Shown one piece after another: positions 14,064 to 25,709 of a stretch of DNA of 64,000 nt. Numbering within the stretch: the first letter of the stretch is position 1; each line of letters opens with the position of its first letter. The notes beneath the pieces were generated by a model. The model had not been told where the DNA came from. It did no database searches and worked only from the letters and a program-made list of their open reading frames with translations. The position numbers and the translations under genes are program-made. The stretch comes from Octopus vulgaris (lineage: Eukaryota): assembly GCA_951406725.2 (NCBI GenBank), contig OX597829.1, forward strand, positions 17,546,001 to 17,610,000. Direction: 5' to 3'.

Positions 14064-15849
14064 ATTTAGTCATCCATAGTCTGATAAGATATTTCAGAAT
14101 AAAATTCCTTCTTCAGATATTCTTAGATGGAGTCGCTGCTATAATCGGTTTTCCAACGGCTTTTTGTTTGAGACAACTGATAAACCTGACGATTTTCATT
14201 GAATCGACCTTGATGCGGAGCTAAAAGTATTTATGGTAGTGGATAATGTGCATCTATCATTTCAGTATCTGCTTCTACGATGCTTAGCAAAGGCGCAGGT
14301 CTGGCTCTATGGTTAAGAAACTCGCTTTCCAATCTCGTGTTTTCGGTTTCAATCTCACAGTGCAACACCTCGTTCAAGTGATTTCTGAAATAACGTTGGA
14401 CCGTCCAATACATTGATATATGGAAATGTACCAAATTCTCACTTGGCTACAGTCATTTGTTTTTTTTTTTTTGTTTTTTTTTTCTGCCCCATTATTTAGA
14501 GGTTCTGTAAAACAGAAAACGAGAGAAAAAATACCAGCTTTTAAAAAGGATAACTACTGGAGTCGACTAAAACTCTTCAAGCATAGCCGCATGTTAATGA
14601 CTGAAACATGTAAAAGAAACATTGATATATTTTGTATTTATGTATTTAGAAACACGGAATTATAAATACGTACTTATAAAGCTTATATCAATATTTTCCT
14701 TCTGTACATCAATAAGCCCTAGATTAAAATTTTCCTAATTTTCTTTATGTTAAAGAGTAAGAATTTGATACCCATATCGAGTGAAGGCGGTAAATATTTG
14801 CATGGGAAGGAATTTTATTCGATTGATCCGCCATAAATAGGACGGTAGTTATCAGAGTACAAACTACTATATGGACTGCCATATTAGCTTGGCGATAACT
14901 GTTAATATCCTGTACCCCTGCCGTAGTCCCCTTTAGAAATACTTAGAAATAATAATATATCTATTTTTGAAAATCAGTGGATATATTCCACTGAAATTAG
15001 GTAAGTAATCCTTCGAACAGACGGTCAGCAGCGCCGCCTGTTGGATTTGCCTACTCTGCATTGATAAAGGACAAATACCCTGTTACATGTCTGCAGATGC
15101 CTGACCAGCAAGGGGAAGCGTCTGACCTCCCCTGTTCGAAGGTTATAATGGACACAGGTTCGTGTGTCATATAGCTAGCTATAGGCGATGGCCTCTTGGA
15201 GCTAAATAACGGCAGCTTTAGTCCTATATTTATGGACTGCCATATTAGCTCGGCGATAACTGTTAATATCAAGTACCGCTGCCGTAGTCACTTTTAGAGG
15301 GACTTAGAAATAATAATATTTCTATTAAACTATTGTATATTTAATATTTAACTACCTTCCGTACGAAAAGCTTATTTAAATGTCTTATTTATAACTTTAA
15401 ATAAAAGATTTATTTAGTCATCCATAGTCTGATAATATTTCGGAATAAAATTCCTTGTTCAGATATTCTTAGATAGAGTCGCTACTATAATCGGTTTTCC
15501 AACGGCTTTTTGTTTGATACAACTGATAAACCTGAAGATTTTCTTTGAATCGACCTTGATGTGGAGCTAAAAGTGTTTATGGTAGTGGATAATGTGCATC
15601 TATCATTTCAGTACGTATTTATAATTCCGTGTTTCTAAATACATAAATACAAAATATTTAAATGTTTCTTTTACATGTTTCAGTCAATAACATGCGGCTA
15701 TGCTTGAAGAGTTTTAGTCGACTCCAGTAGTTATCCTTTTTAAAAGCTGGTATTTTTTCTCTCGTTTTCTGTTTTACAGAACCTCTAAATAATGGGGCAG
15801 AAAAAAAAAATGCCTGTAGCCAAGTGAGAATTTTGTACATTTCCATATA
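14064..15849. repeat. Local segmental duplications: direct 14064-14267/15412-15613, inverted 14417-14674/15610-15849, direct 14870-14965/15231-15326
   Basis: Near-identical blocks read directly. The ORF track also shows the same peptide on opposite strands (14420..14665+ and 15658..15888-). Confidence 0.85.
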
Positions 15850-16075
15850 CCAATCAAAACGCAATAGTATGAATTGCTTATAATCCATGCTAATCGAAAC
15901 TAGCTTTCGTATTAATAGCCAAATTGAATTTCTAATTTATAACGTTAAATAAAAGATATAAGACATGAAAATACAATTTCATAAATTGCTTATAATCCCT
16001 ACTAATAGAAAACAACTGTGTTTAAATTTTGACAGATAAATGTTGTTTGTATATATTGCATATTATTATCATTAT

Positions 16076-16306
16076 TCAGTGGGTTTTTTTGTTATATCGT
16101 ACTTTCACTTCACTACCGAGCGCAGCTCTGTGTGCCTTGGGTATGTGCTGTGTTTTGTTGTGATGCTCTGATGGTTACTGTATTTTGCGTAGGATGTGTG
16201 CAGTGCCTAGTAGTGCGATTTTCTGTATGTTAAATGTGTTTGTAAGTCCTGGTGTTTTTGTTATGTATTTGTCTGTATATTTTTTTATCATGCCTAATGC
16301 ACCTAC

Positions 16307-16308
<2 letters not shown>
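16076..16308 (-). mobile_element. R4/Dong-like 3' fragment, same family as 54568-57073
   Basis: Matches 4915-5133. 5' junction lies in (TAA)n. Confidence 0.85.
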
Positions 16309-16370
<62 letters not shown>

Positions 16371-17505
16371 GCCTTTGCACAGCTTCTAAAGTTGGATGTA
16401 CAGAAATTTTCAGCACGTAAGTTAACATATCATTTAGTGTAAACTTGTAGTGTAAATATTCAAACGTTGTTAGTATCTTTCCAAAAACCTTCGGCATTTC
16501 ACAAGGAATATTTGGCCCTCCGACCAAATTCGTCTTGCTCTATGTGCAGACTTAGAATCTTTTGATTGCAAATTTCGGTGAGAAAACTTCGACTCGTATA
16601 TTGGAAAATACGGTATATGTATAGAAAAGTTACACTTATTTTTTATAATTTTATATTTAATGTTGCGTTAAACATAAAACCTACGAAGATCTTAATAGCA
16701 TTTGGATTGTTTCTCAAGCATCACATATGTTGTGACACTTCTGACTGTCATATTCACATGAAAACATTTAAATTATGTTAAGCTTCCTACGTGAAATTTT
16801 TCGTATCAATGTTAAATCATTTTATTTATAATTCCTCAGTTTATTTTGTAATATATCTGATTAGGTTTATTTTAAAAATTAAGAACAAAAATAAGGCTTT
16901 TTGAAGAACAAAAATATATAGAGTAAAAAAAAAGATAAGAATCATGTTAAAAAGGTATATACATCATGTTTTAATTTTGACCTATTTAAACAGGAAATAT
17001 TCTTTACATGCCTTGAAATAAAGCATACAAGAAGAAAAAGACATTTGCATATGTGTGCGTGAATATGTGTGTGTATGTGTGTGTGCCTGTATGTATATCC
17101 ATATGGAGCACCATATGCGAAACGATGAAACATTAAAATCCAACTCCCATGAGTAAATACAGTCAGCCTCCAATGATGTAATCAAGACCCACAAAAAAAT
17201 CATTTCTAATATCAGTAAATATACCAATTAGTGTTAAACACATGTGTTTTGATAATGAATAGTTATGCAAAAAGGGGAAGTCGTAACGGGAGGGCGTTGT
17301 GTGTTGAGGCTATGGAGAGAAATATGTATGAGCATAAAATACGCTGGATCGATTCGTAATGCAACCTGAGAACATATTTTATTCTGACATTCAAAAATAT
17401 GCATCCAATCAAGCGAATAATATATTCAATCAGGTATAAATTCTGTCTTACCGAAAATCTATCGCTCTCCCATAGTGATCAATATATTTTCTAGAGCTAC
17501 ATCAT

Positions 17506-17659
17506 GCGTGGCTGCGTGGGAAGAAACTTGCTTCTAATTACATGGTTCTGGGTTCAGTCTCATTGCGTAGCACCTTCGACAGGTGTCTTCTACTAAAGAT
17601 TCAGGCCGATCAAAGCCTTGTGGGTAGATCTGGTAGAAGGAAACTGAAAGAAGCCCGTC

Positions 17660-17747
<88 letters not shown>

Positions 17748-17905
17748 GGCATTTGTGTAGGAGTATGTGTGTATGTTTGTGTGTGTGCGTGTGTCTTTGT
17801 ATCTATGTTTGTCCCCACCACCACTTGACAACCGGAGTTGCTGTGTTTACACCCCGTAACTTAGCAGTTCAGCAACAGTTATCGATTGAATAAATACCAG
17901 GTTAA
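17506..17905 (+). mobile_element. SINE-B, diverged
   Basis: Same head, internal (TA)n and body as 9926-10465. Confidence 0.8.
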
Positions 17906-18099
17906 CATTCTTGAAGGAGTGCTCCGACTGAACTCCCTAATCCATACGCTACAAATGATGACGATATCTGGGACGATAAAAATCTGAAAAACCTTTAGAT
18001 TTAAAGGACGACGGTTAAAACAAGATACTGTCATTCACATCCTTGCTACCAAGTAGGGGTCCGGCCAAAATTTACTCTAAATTAAGGAGAAAGACAACG

Positions 18100-18383
18100 T
18101 ACACACACACACACACATACATACATACATACATACATACATACATACATACATACATACATACATACATACATACATACATACATACATACATACATAC
18201 ATACATACATACATACATACATACATACATACATACATACATACATACATACATACATACATACATACATACATACATACATACATACATACATACATAC
18301 ATACATACATACATACATACATACATACATACATACATACATACATACATACATACATACATACATACATACATACATACATA
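18100..18383. repeat. (ACAT)n microsatellite
   Basis: Read directly. Confidence 0.95.
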
Positions 18384-18613
18384 CTTCTTTACTACCCACA
18401 AGGGGCTAAACACAGAGAGGACAAACAAGGACAGACAAACGGATTAAGTCGATTATATCGACCCCAGTGCGTAACTGGTAATTATTTAATCGACTCCGAA
18501 AGGATGAAAGGCAAAGTCGACCTCGGCGGAATTTGAACTCACAATGTAGCGGCAGACGAAATACCAGTAAGCATTTCGCCCGGCGCGCAAACATTTCTGC
18601 CAGCTCGCCGCCT
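18384..18613 (-). mobile_element. SINE-A
   Basis: Full head-to-tail match with the other copies. Confidence 0.9.
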
Positions 18614-18739
18614 TAATACGTACATACATAATACGTACATACATACACGTATATAGTTCGTAGATGAGATCCAAGTGTTCGCTGTATAGAATACACTTAA
18701 TAGAGCTCAAGACATTTAATCTTGAGCGAGTGTAGAAGC

Positions 18740-19072
18740 AAATGTAGGGATCAGCAAATTAGACAGATCAATACATAAAGTATATTAAATACATTAAATA
18801 TAAAACAGTGTATATATGTATACATTTAAAAAGGTTCGACTTACACAGAATATAAATGATAGAGAGAATTAAAGGAGTTGAAAAGCAGTATTACAAATCC
18901 AGAAACCGCTGCTGGTTTTGTAATACTGTTCCTCAACCGGTTTTATTCTCTGTATCATTTGTATTCTGTGTAAGTCGGACCTTTTTATACGTATACATAT
19001 ATACATTTTTGTATTTCATGTAGCTGATAAACTTTATATATTGATCTGTCTACCTTGCTTATCCCTCCATTT
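18740..19072. repeat. ~330-bp imperfect palindrome (foldback/MITE-like)
   Basis: Arms include tcgacttacacagaatataaatgatag / ctgtatcatttgtattctgtgtaagtcgg. Centre ~18906. Confidence 0.8.
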
Positions 19073-19253
19073 ATCAAGATACATACGTACTGTGTGTTCA
19101 TACACTGCTAGGCAAAAGGTGTGATAACCGATTAACAGGCAGGAAGAAAGAAAGGAGGCTGTGGCTATGCTGAACAGCTCGTCCTCAACAAAGCTGTCCT
19201 TAAGAAAGCCAACCAGGATCGCCTTAATCTCCTAACGATATGGCTATACTACA

Positions 19254-19727
19254 GGCGGCGAGCTGGCAGAAACGTTAGCGCGCCGGGGGAAATGCTTAGC
19301 GGTATTTCGTCTGTCGTTACGTTCTGAGTTCAAATTCCGCCGAGGTCGACTTTGCCTTTCACACTTTCGGGGTCGATAAATAAAGTACCTATTTCTTTAC
19401 TACCCACAATGGGCTAAACACAGAGAGGATAAACAAGGACAGACAAACGGATTAAATCAATTACATCGACCCCAGTGCGTAACTGGCACTTATTTAATCG
19501 ACCCCGAAAGGATGAAAGGCAAAGTCGACCTCGGCGGAATTTGAACTCAGAACGTAGCGGCAGACGAAATACGGCTACGCATTTCGCCCGGCGTGCTAAC
19601 GTTTCTGCCAGCTCGCCGATAAATAAAGTACCAGTTTCGCACTGGTGTCGATGTAATCGACTTAATCCCTTTGTATGTCCTTGTTTGTTCCCTCTGTGTT
19701 TAGCCCCTTGTGGGCAATAAAGAAATA
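19254..19727 (+). mobile_element. SINE-A (9-bp TSD) containing an antisense nested SINE-A at 19390-19617 (15-bp TSD)
   Basis: Outer TSD tatactaca at 19245-19253 and 19728-19736. Inner TSD gataaataaagtacc at 19375-19389 and 19618-19632. Confidence 0.92.
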
Positions 19728-20477
19728 TATACTACAAGAAGATGTTCGACATCGTGCTTCACCTATGGGTGATAAAATCATTACACCTGTCCAAAATACC
19801 AGCTGTTATAGTGAATGTCATTGAGAGACTGATAGTAACATTGTCCACACAATTATCACTGACATCTACTAAAGCAACACCTATTGTTCGAAACAGAATT
19901 AAGCTATCAACAGGCATATCCCAGGGTAATAATTTATCTGTAATATTGTTTGTACTGGCAATGAATCCCCTGTCAGCTCTGTTAGTAAAATGTCAAAGGT
20001 ACATGCTGGGATATGCAGAAAAGAATAACATTAATGTCACCCACACGTTTTGTGGTTGATGAGCTAACGTTATATTCTGGTTATATGACCAATATCAAGA
20101 GACAATTAGAACTAATCTTATCATTCCCACAAGATATATTAATGATGTTTGGGCAAGATAAATATTCATACATGGTAGTCAGCCGAGGAAAGATTATCAT
20201 CAACGTCTATATCCCTTACCTTTAATGATGAAAACTACATGCGCCTCAGAATTGATGAGAATGCTGCATATATTGGTGCTGTGATTAAAGCTAGAATAAA
20301 AAAAGAGTGCTTCAGTAGATTTCAGGAAAATGTGGAACTCACATTGCTTTTACAGTACCAGTGCTAATACCAACATTTTGGATACTGGACTGGACACTCG
20401 ATGAGATATGCAACCTGAACTACAAAACGAGAAATTTATTAATCACCGCTGGCAATTTCCACATTAACAGTGATCCC

Positions 20478-20700
20478 TATTTCTTTACTACCCACAAGAG
20501 GCTAAACACAGAGAGGACAAACAAGGAGAGAAAAACGGATTAATTCGATTATATCGACCCCCAGTGCGTAACTGGTACTTAATTTATCGACCCCGAAAGG
20601 ATGAAAGGCAAACTCGGCCAGAATTTGAACTCAGAACGTAACGGCAGACGAAATACGGCTAGGCATTTCGCCCAGCGTGTTAACGTTTCTGCCAGCTCGC
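20478..20700 (-). mobile_element. SINE-A with ~17-bp TSD
   Basis: acattaacagtgatccc (20461-20477) versus acattaagagtgatacc (20705-20721). Confidence 0.88.
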
Positions 20701-21299
20701 AGAAACATTAAGAGTGATACCAATAGGGTTTATGTGAGACGAAGTGATGGCAGTAGAGGCGTAAGGTCAGAGTAAACAGCATTTGAATGTTGTATTTTAT
20801 CCCACATACATCATCTGCTGAACAGGAAATAAAGAAATGAGTATACATCATGCACACTGTTAAGTGGGAGCAACAATATCCTCAGGGTTGGAGCAGAGCA
20901 GCCATAAAAGTACTCTGAGAATGTGACCCAAAGGAGGCTGGACTGACCTACCTAAATGAAAGTTTGGAGGAGAGGTAGGCATCATACCAACGAAAAGCAA
21001 TGCTTGGGAGCATATGCCCAAAGCCAGAGGGCAACAATAGCGTTGACAGAAAGAGTAGCCTTTCCTGGACCTATGAGAGATACATTACATTCCACCTAGG
21101 AAGAGATACCCATGCTTTCCGGGAACAGGAACTAGCTGCAAAATATCTGATAAACAAGAGGGATAAAAATATACTAGGAAACCTCCACGTTGTGATAAAA
21201 AAAAAATGTCGGCTCTGCTGTAGCAGTGTGAAAGATGTCACCCACATCATCAGCAGCTGCTCCAAAATGTCTACGTGATACTACCTGCCCCACCAAGGC

Positions 21300-21600
21300 G
21301 TGGAGGCACATGGCCTAGTGGTTAGAGCAGCGGACTCGCGGTTAAGGGATCGCAGTTTCGAATCTCAGACCAGGTGATGTGTGTGTTTATGAGCGAAACA
21401 CCTAAGCTTCACGCGGCTCAGGCAGAATAAATGGCGAACTTCTGCTGACTCTTTCGCCACAAATTTCTCACACTCTTTCCTCCTGCATCTTGCAGCTCAC
21501 TAGCGACGGACCGGCATCCCGTCCAGGTGGGGGAACTATACGCCAAGGAAACCGGGAAACCGGCCCTTATGAACCAGACATGGCTCGAGAAGGAACAGAT
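21300..21600 (+). mobile_element. SINE-C, tail type b
   Basis: tRNA-like head tggcctagtggttagagcagcggactcgcgg...gtttcgaatctc. Duplicated ccaaggc flanks. Confidence 0.88.
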
Positions 21601-21975
21601 CTTCCCCCAAGGCATGATATAGTTTCAAAGATTATTTACAATGCTGTCCGCGGGAAGGACTGCCCTGACGTATACATCAAAGGCATATCAGATGTAACCG
21701 TTATTCAAACATTTAAAAACATGGAATACTTGTTGAGCACCCTAACTAAGAACATGAATTTGGTGCAACCATAACAGACATGATATTGTTCTGTGGGACA
21801 GTGAACAAAAATCATGCACTGTTGTAGAGGTTAGCTGCCCAGCGGATTTGAATGCACGATCAAAAGTCCAAGAAAAAGAGAAGATTTAGGGCAAATTAAT
21901 GTGGAAGTTACATCTGTTTTACCCTACTATGAATTCTCATTTGTACATATTATCACAGGTACATTAGGTACATTA

Positions 21976-22206
21976 GGCGGCGAGCTGGCAGAATCGTTAG
22001 CATGCCGGGTGAAATGCTAATCGGTATTTCGTCTGCCGCTACGTTCTGAGTTCAAATTCCGCCGAGGTCGAATTTGCCTTTCATCTTTTCGGGATCGATT
22101 AAATAAGTACCAGACACGCACTGGGGTCGATGTAATCGACCTAATCCGTTTGCCTGTCCTTGTTTGTCCCCTCCGTGTTTAGCCCCTTGTGGGTAATAAA
22201 GAAATA
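21976..22206 (+). mobile_element. SINE-A with TSD ggtacatta
   Basis: TSD at 21967-21975 and 22207-22215. Confidence 0.9.
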
Positions 22207-22658
22207 GGTACATTAGGTTCTGTATCCACAAACTTACACAAAAACGTAGAAATACTTGGTTTATGGAATAAAAGCAAAAGAAACTGACCGCGGATTCTCC
22301 AAATCCAATCTATTAGCAAAGATTTGTAAGACATTCCAAAAATTCTCCACGTGAGATTCTTATATGAATAGACGCACACGCTTGGGTGTATAATGTATCG
22401 ACAGTTCAACCAACACAACAACTCGACCACATTTTCACAAAAACCGGGAACTCTCATAACTCAAAACATCTTGTTGCTTTGATAGGAACTGACTTGAACT
22501 CTCTCAAGAATTTAAATACATTGAAAAATACGTTCATATATGCATACATACGTACATACGTAGATACGTACACACATATACATACATACATACATACATA
22601 CATACATACATACAAACATACATACATACATACATAAATACATACATACATACATACA

Positions 22659-23198
22659 TGCCGTCTCGTTATCGAGTATGGCCATTGCACGAAGTTTAAT
22701 CAATGTTGTTATCGTGCAATGCCTGTGCAAGAAGGGTTTTTTTAAGTGAGGAAAGGCTGTGCACTGAGTCAATCCCACTCACTAAGCAACAGCAGCCATA
22801 ATCCGAAAAGAAGAACAACTCAACATCATCGGTAACCACTGAGCCGCAGGTTTTATGTCGGAATTATCCCAGTTACCTGAGTTACCTTCTAGAAGGATGC
22901 CCTAACAAAGGCTAGGAGTCCTTCACTCCCAATGGTTTAACCACCGATCGGGTATTCAGTCCGATTATTTCTATGTCCCCGCGCATGATACAGCCTTAAG
23001 ACATTTATTGGATGGCCGTTGACTCTCAAGAGTTCCTTCGCCCTTTGACGGGTTTTGCTTTTCCTCCTGCAGGCTGTCCAATAAACACCCTCATCACCAA
23101 GCAAGCTTGGTGGGGTTGCTGGTTTAGTCGCCGACGACTCGACCATGCAACAGGTTGTACTGGGTTACATGTTACCAGTAGCACTCGAAAGTAACCTG

Positions 23199-23199
<1 letters not shown>
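22659..23199 (-). mobile_element. Non-coding ~540-bp retroposon (family E) in (TACA)n, possibly derived from RTE UTRs
   Basis: GC-richer island flanked on both sides by (TACA)n with several hairpins. The minus-strand motif gcctttgttagggcatccttctagaagg...aaaacc resembles RTE 5' UTRs (recalled). Ends gagacggca-(tgta)n. Confidence 0.55.
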
Positions 23200-23229
<30 letters not shown>

Positions 23230-23379
23230 CACATACAGATATAGTACAAGTACGTAGCTTTACCCATCTTTCCATGTAGATTGCATTATATTTTTAAAGT
23301 GTTTATGAAAATAAGGAGTGTAAACTTTTATGAAAATATTGTACCTCAGCGGTTTCTAACATTACCAAAAGAGTTCTGG

Positions 23380-24350
23380 TTATTTTTCTCCTAGAAATTC
23401 GGAGCTATTTCATGAGATCTTTTGCAGATTTTCCCACAAACTCTATCACACCCACCTCTATGGTGAAGACTTTGGTTTGGAAGCCAAATTCTCTCCGTCT
23501 GATCACCAAACTCTTTCACTTTGAAGTTTTGTCGATGTGGCCTTTATTGCATATGGCACAATGAGTTCAGCCAGAATCACTTGTTTATGATGAAAGTGAT
23601 TTGAGTACAATGTGGAGCCTAGATGGTCTGCTGTGCATTTTATAGTTATCCACTCCTTCCTGTAGATTCAGCTTCTACGATCCAACTGGAACAGCTGTTG
23701 CAGACTACAATTGTTTTACACTCTGTTGTGTAGGAAACTGGGGATTCTGATGGCATTATCTTTCCTTTTACTGTACAAATCACATGCATATTTCACGTAC
23801 ATATCATATAAAGGTGGAGAACCGCTAGAGCGTTGGGTAAATTGTGTTTTATGTTTTATACTAATTTGCTGTGCCATGCTTTTATAACCTGTCAAAATCA
23901 ACTTTGCATTTTGTCTTTATGAGGTTGTTGAAAAACTAAACCAGCGTAGTGGATTTGGTGCTATCAGAGGGTTGTTGTAGATGCCTTGTGGTGCCTAATC
24001 CAGTTCTTCATATTCTGACAGCAACGTCTGCAATGACATAAGTATGCCTCTGAATCGGCTGAAGACAATGATCTTTTTCTTTAACAAATATTTGATGTCT
24101 GAAGACATGATGCCTACATGGGTGGACATCAGCCAGTTTTTCTCAAAATATTTTGCCCAAATCTTCACAAACCTGAAAGTCTTAGGTAAAATAACTGTCA
24201 ATTATAATACCTCTTGGATTATGGAGAACGAAGAGCCACTGTCTAAGAGTGGTGTTGAGAGATTTTATTTTTGCTAAGTCTGGAGGAAGATGCGGTCCTC
24301 ATGGCATCTGAAAATCCTCCAAGATTAGTCATTAGTCTTTCAGGCTGAAC
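23380..24350 (-). mobile_element. Decayed HERO/NeSL-like RLE retrotransposon fragment
   Basis: Minus strand reads LHIVL (similar to RPDIVL), AELIVPY (similar to ELTVPW) and GFQTKVFTIEVGVIEFVGKS (similar to PVEVGCRGFVG). Confidence 0.5.
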
Positions 24351-24625
24351 GTTTGTAAACTGGCATCTGGGGAAAGATGATCAAGGATGAAATTTAAAAA
24401 AAAGAGAGACATTTCGAAAAAGAAGTTCTAGATATAATTATACTTGCGGGTAGAGTTCAGAACAGAATATCACTACAATAAAACTTTCGTCAGTAGAATT
24501 TGGTGGCAACGTTGTTTTGATATTAGAATGAGTTAGTGTATTCAATATTCAACCTGGATGGTAGTGAAACCATTGAAGCGATTCCAGAAGTCAATGTAGT
24601 TCACTCCTTGGTTGTTTGTCTAGCT

Positions 24626-24690
24626 CAGTGGTTCTCAACACTTTTATTTAAATGAGTTTTCCCACGGCCCCCCCTTTTCAATATGCTTAT

Positions 24691-24769
<79 letters not shown>

Positions 24770-25049
24770 CCCCTACATCTCACCATATAAAAAATAATTT
24801 TTATTATAAATTTAAATACCTACTGTTTTATTACTTGGCAACACGTGTTTCATGAGGTACATCCTCGGGTTCCTAAACCACTCCGTGTTTTCTTGGAACC
24901 CTTCTTAAAATGTTATGCCGGAATTTTTATTCCCTAAAAAATAATATTTAAATTTAAAAATTACATATATGTATATTTATGAAATTTTGAATTTAGTTCA
25001 CGGACCTCCAGTACTACCTTTGCAGGCTTCAGGTTGGTGGAAACTAATG
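24626..25049. mobile_element. hAT (Charlie-like) MITE
   Basis: Left TIR cagtggttctcaac with a degenerate right TIR. 8-bp TSD gtctagct (24618-24625) and gtcgagct (25050-25057). Confidence 0.65.
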
Positions 25050-25474
25050 GTCGAGCTTTTGGTCCTCAATGTTAAACTGAAAAAAGAATGACGTTTAGTA
25101 AGATGAAGGGCAATTGAGGTCGGTGACGTAATTAGGGTCGCTGAACACTAATCACATTATTTTCATTGTTCCAGTTGCCTTTCAGTTTTCTTGGTGTGTT
25201 ACACCGAGGGAGTTAATAACTAGAATGGAGGCAGATACATATATACAGAAAGAGAAGAGGACGAAGGGGAGACGGAGAAATAGAAATAATGGAATCTGTG
25301 AAAAAAACAGAAAAACATGAACTACAGTGAAAGAGAGGAAATACAGAGGGGGATGGAAGACAGAGAGGTGAGAGATTCACAGAGAGAGAGAGAGAAAGAG
25401 GTGGGAGACTGAGAGACAGACAGACAGAGACAGTGAGAATGTCAATGTTATTCTGCATTGGTATGTTCAAATTG

Positions 25475-25709
25475 AGGCGGCAAGGGGCTGGCAGAAACGC
25501 TTGCACGCCGGGCGAAATGCTTAGTGGTATTTCGTCTGCCGTTACGTTCTGAGTTTAAATTCCGCCGAGGTCGACTTTGCCTTTCATCATTTTGGGGTCG
25601 ATAAATTAAATACCAGTTACGCACTGGGGTCGATATAATCGACTTTATACCTTTGTCTGTCCTTGTTTGTCCACTCTGTGTTTAGCCCCTTGTGGGTAGT
25701 AAAGAAATA
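25475..25709 (+). mobile_element. SINE-A with perfect 15-bp TSD
   Basis: ggtatgttcaaattg at 25460-25474 and 25710-25724. Confidence 0.93.

Larger units (their letters stand above)
19085..22400 (+). mobile_element. Old R4-like RLE retrotransposon (RT, CCHC, RLE), interrupted by five SINEs
   Basis: EQLVLNK..WLYY|KKMFD, GISQGNNLSVILFVLAMNPLS, VDELTLY (xDD box), CRLC..DVTHIISSC, RHD, VEVSCP. Stops and frameshifts present. Confidence 0.8.

Noticed and set aside
14999-15044. Perfect splice donor AG|GTAAGT and a CTCF-like motif (reverse complement ccaacaggcggcgc)
   Set aside because: No convincing upstream exon or acceptor. Single short motifs are expected by chance in 64 kb.
21300-21375. Functional tRNA genes at SINE heads
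   Set aside because: There is no complete cloverleaf, and the heads continue into SINE bodies with TSDs.
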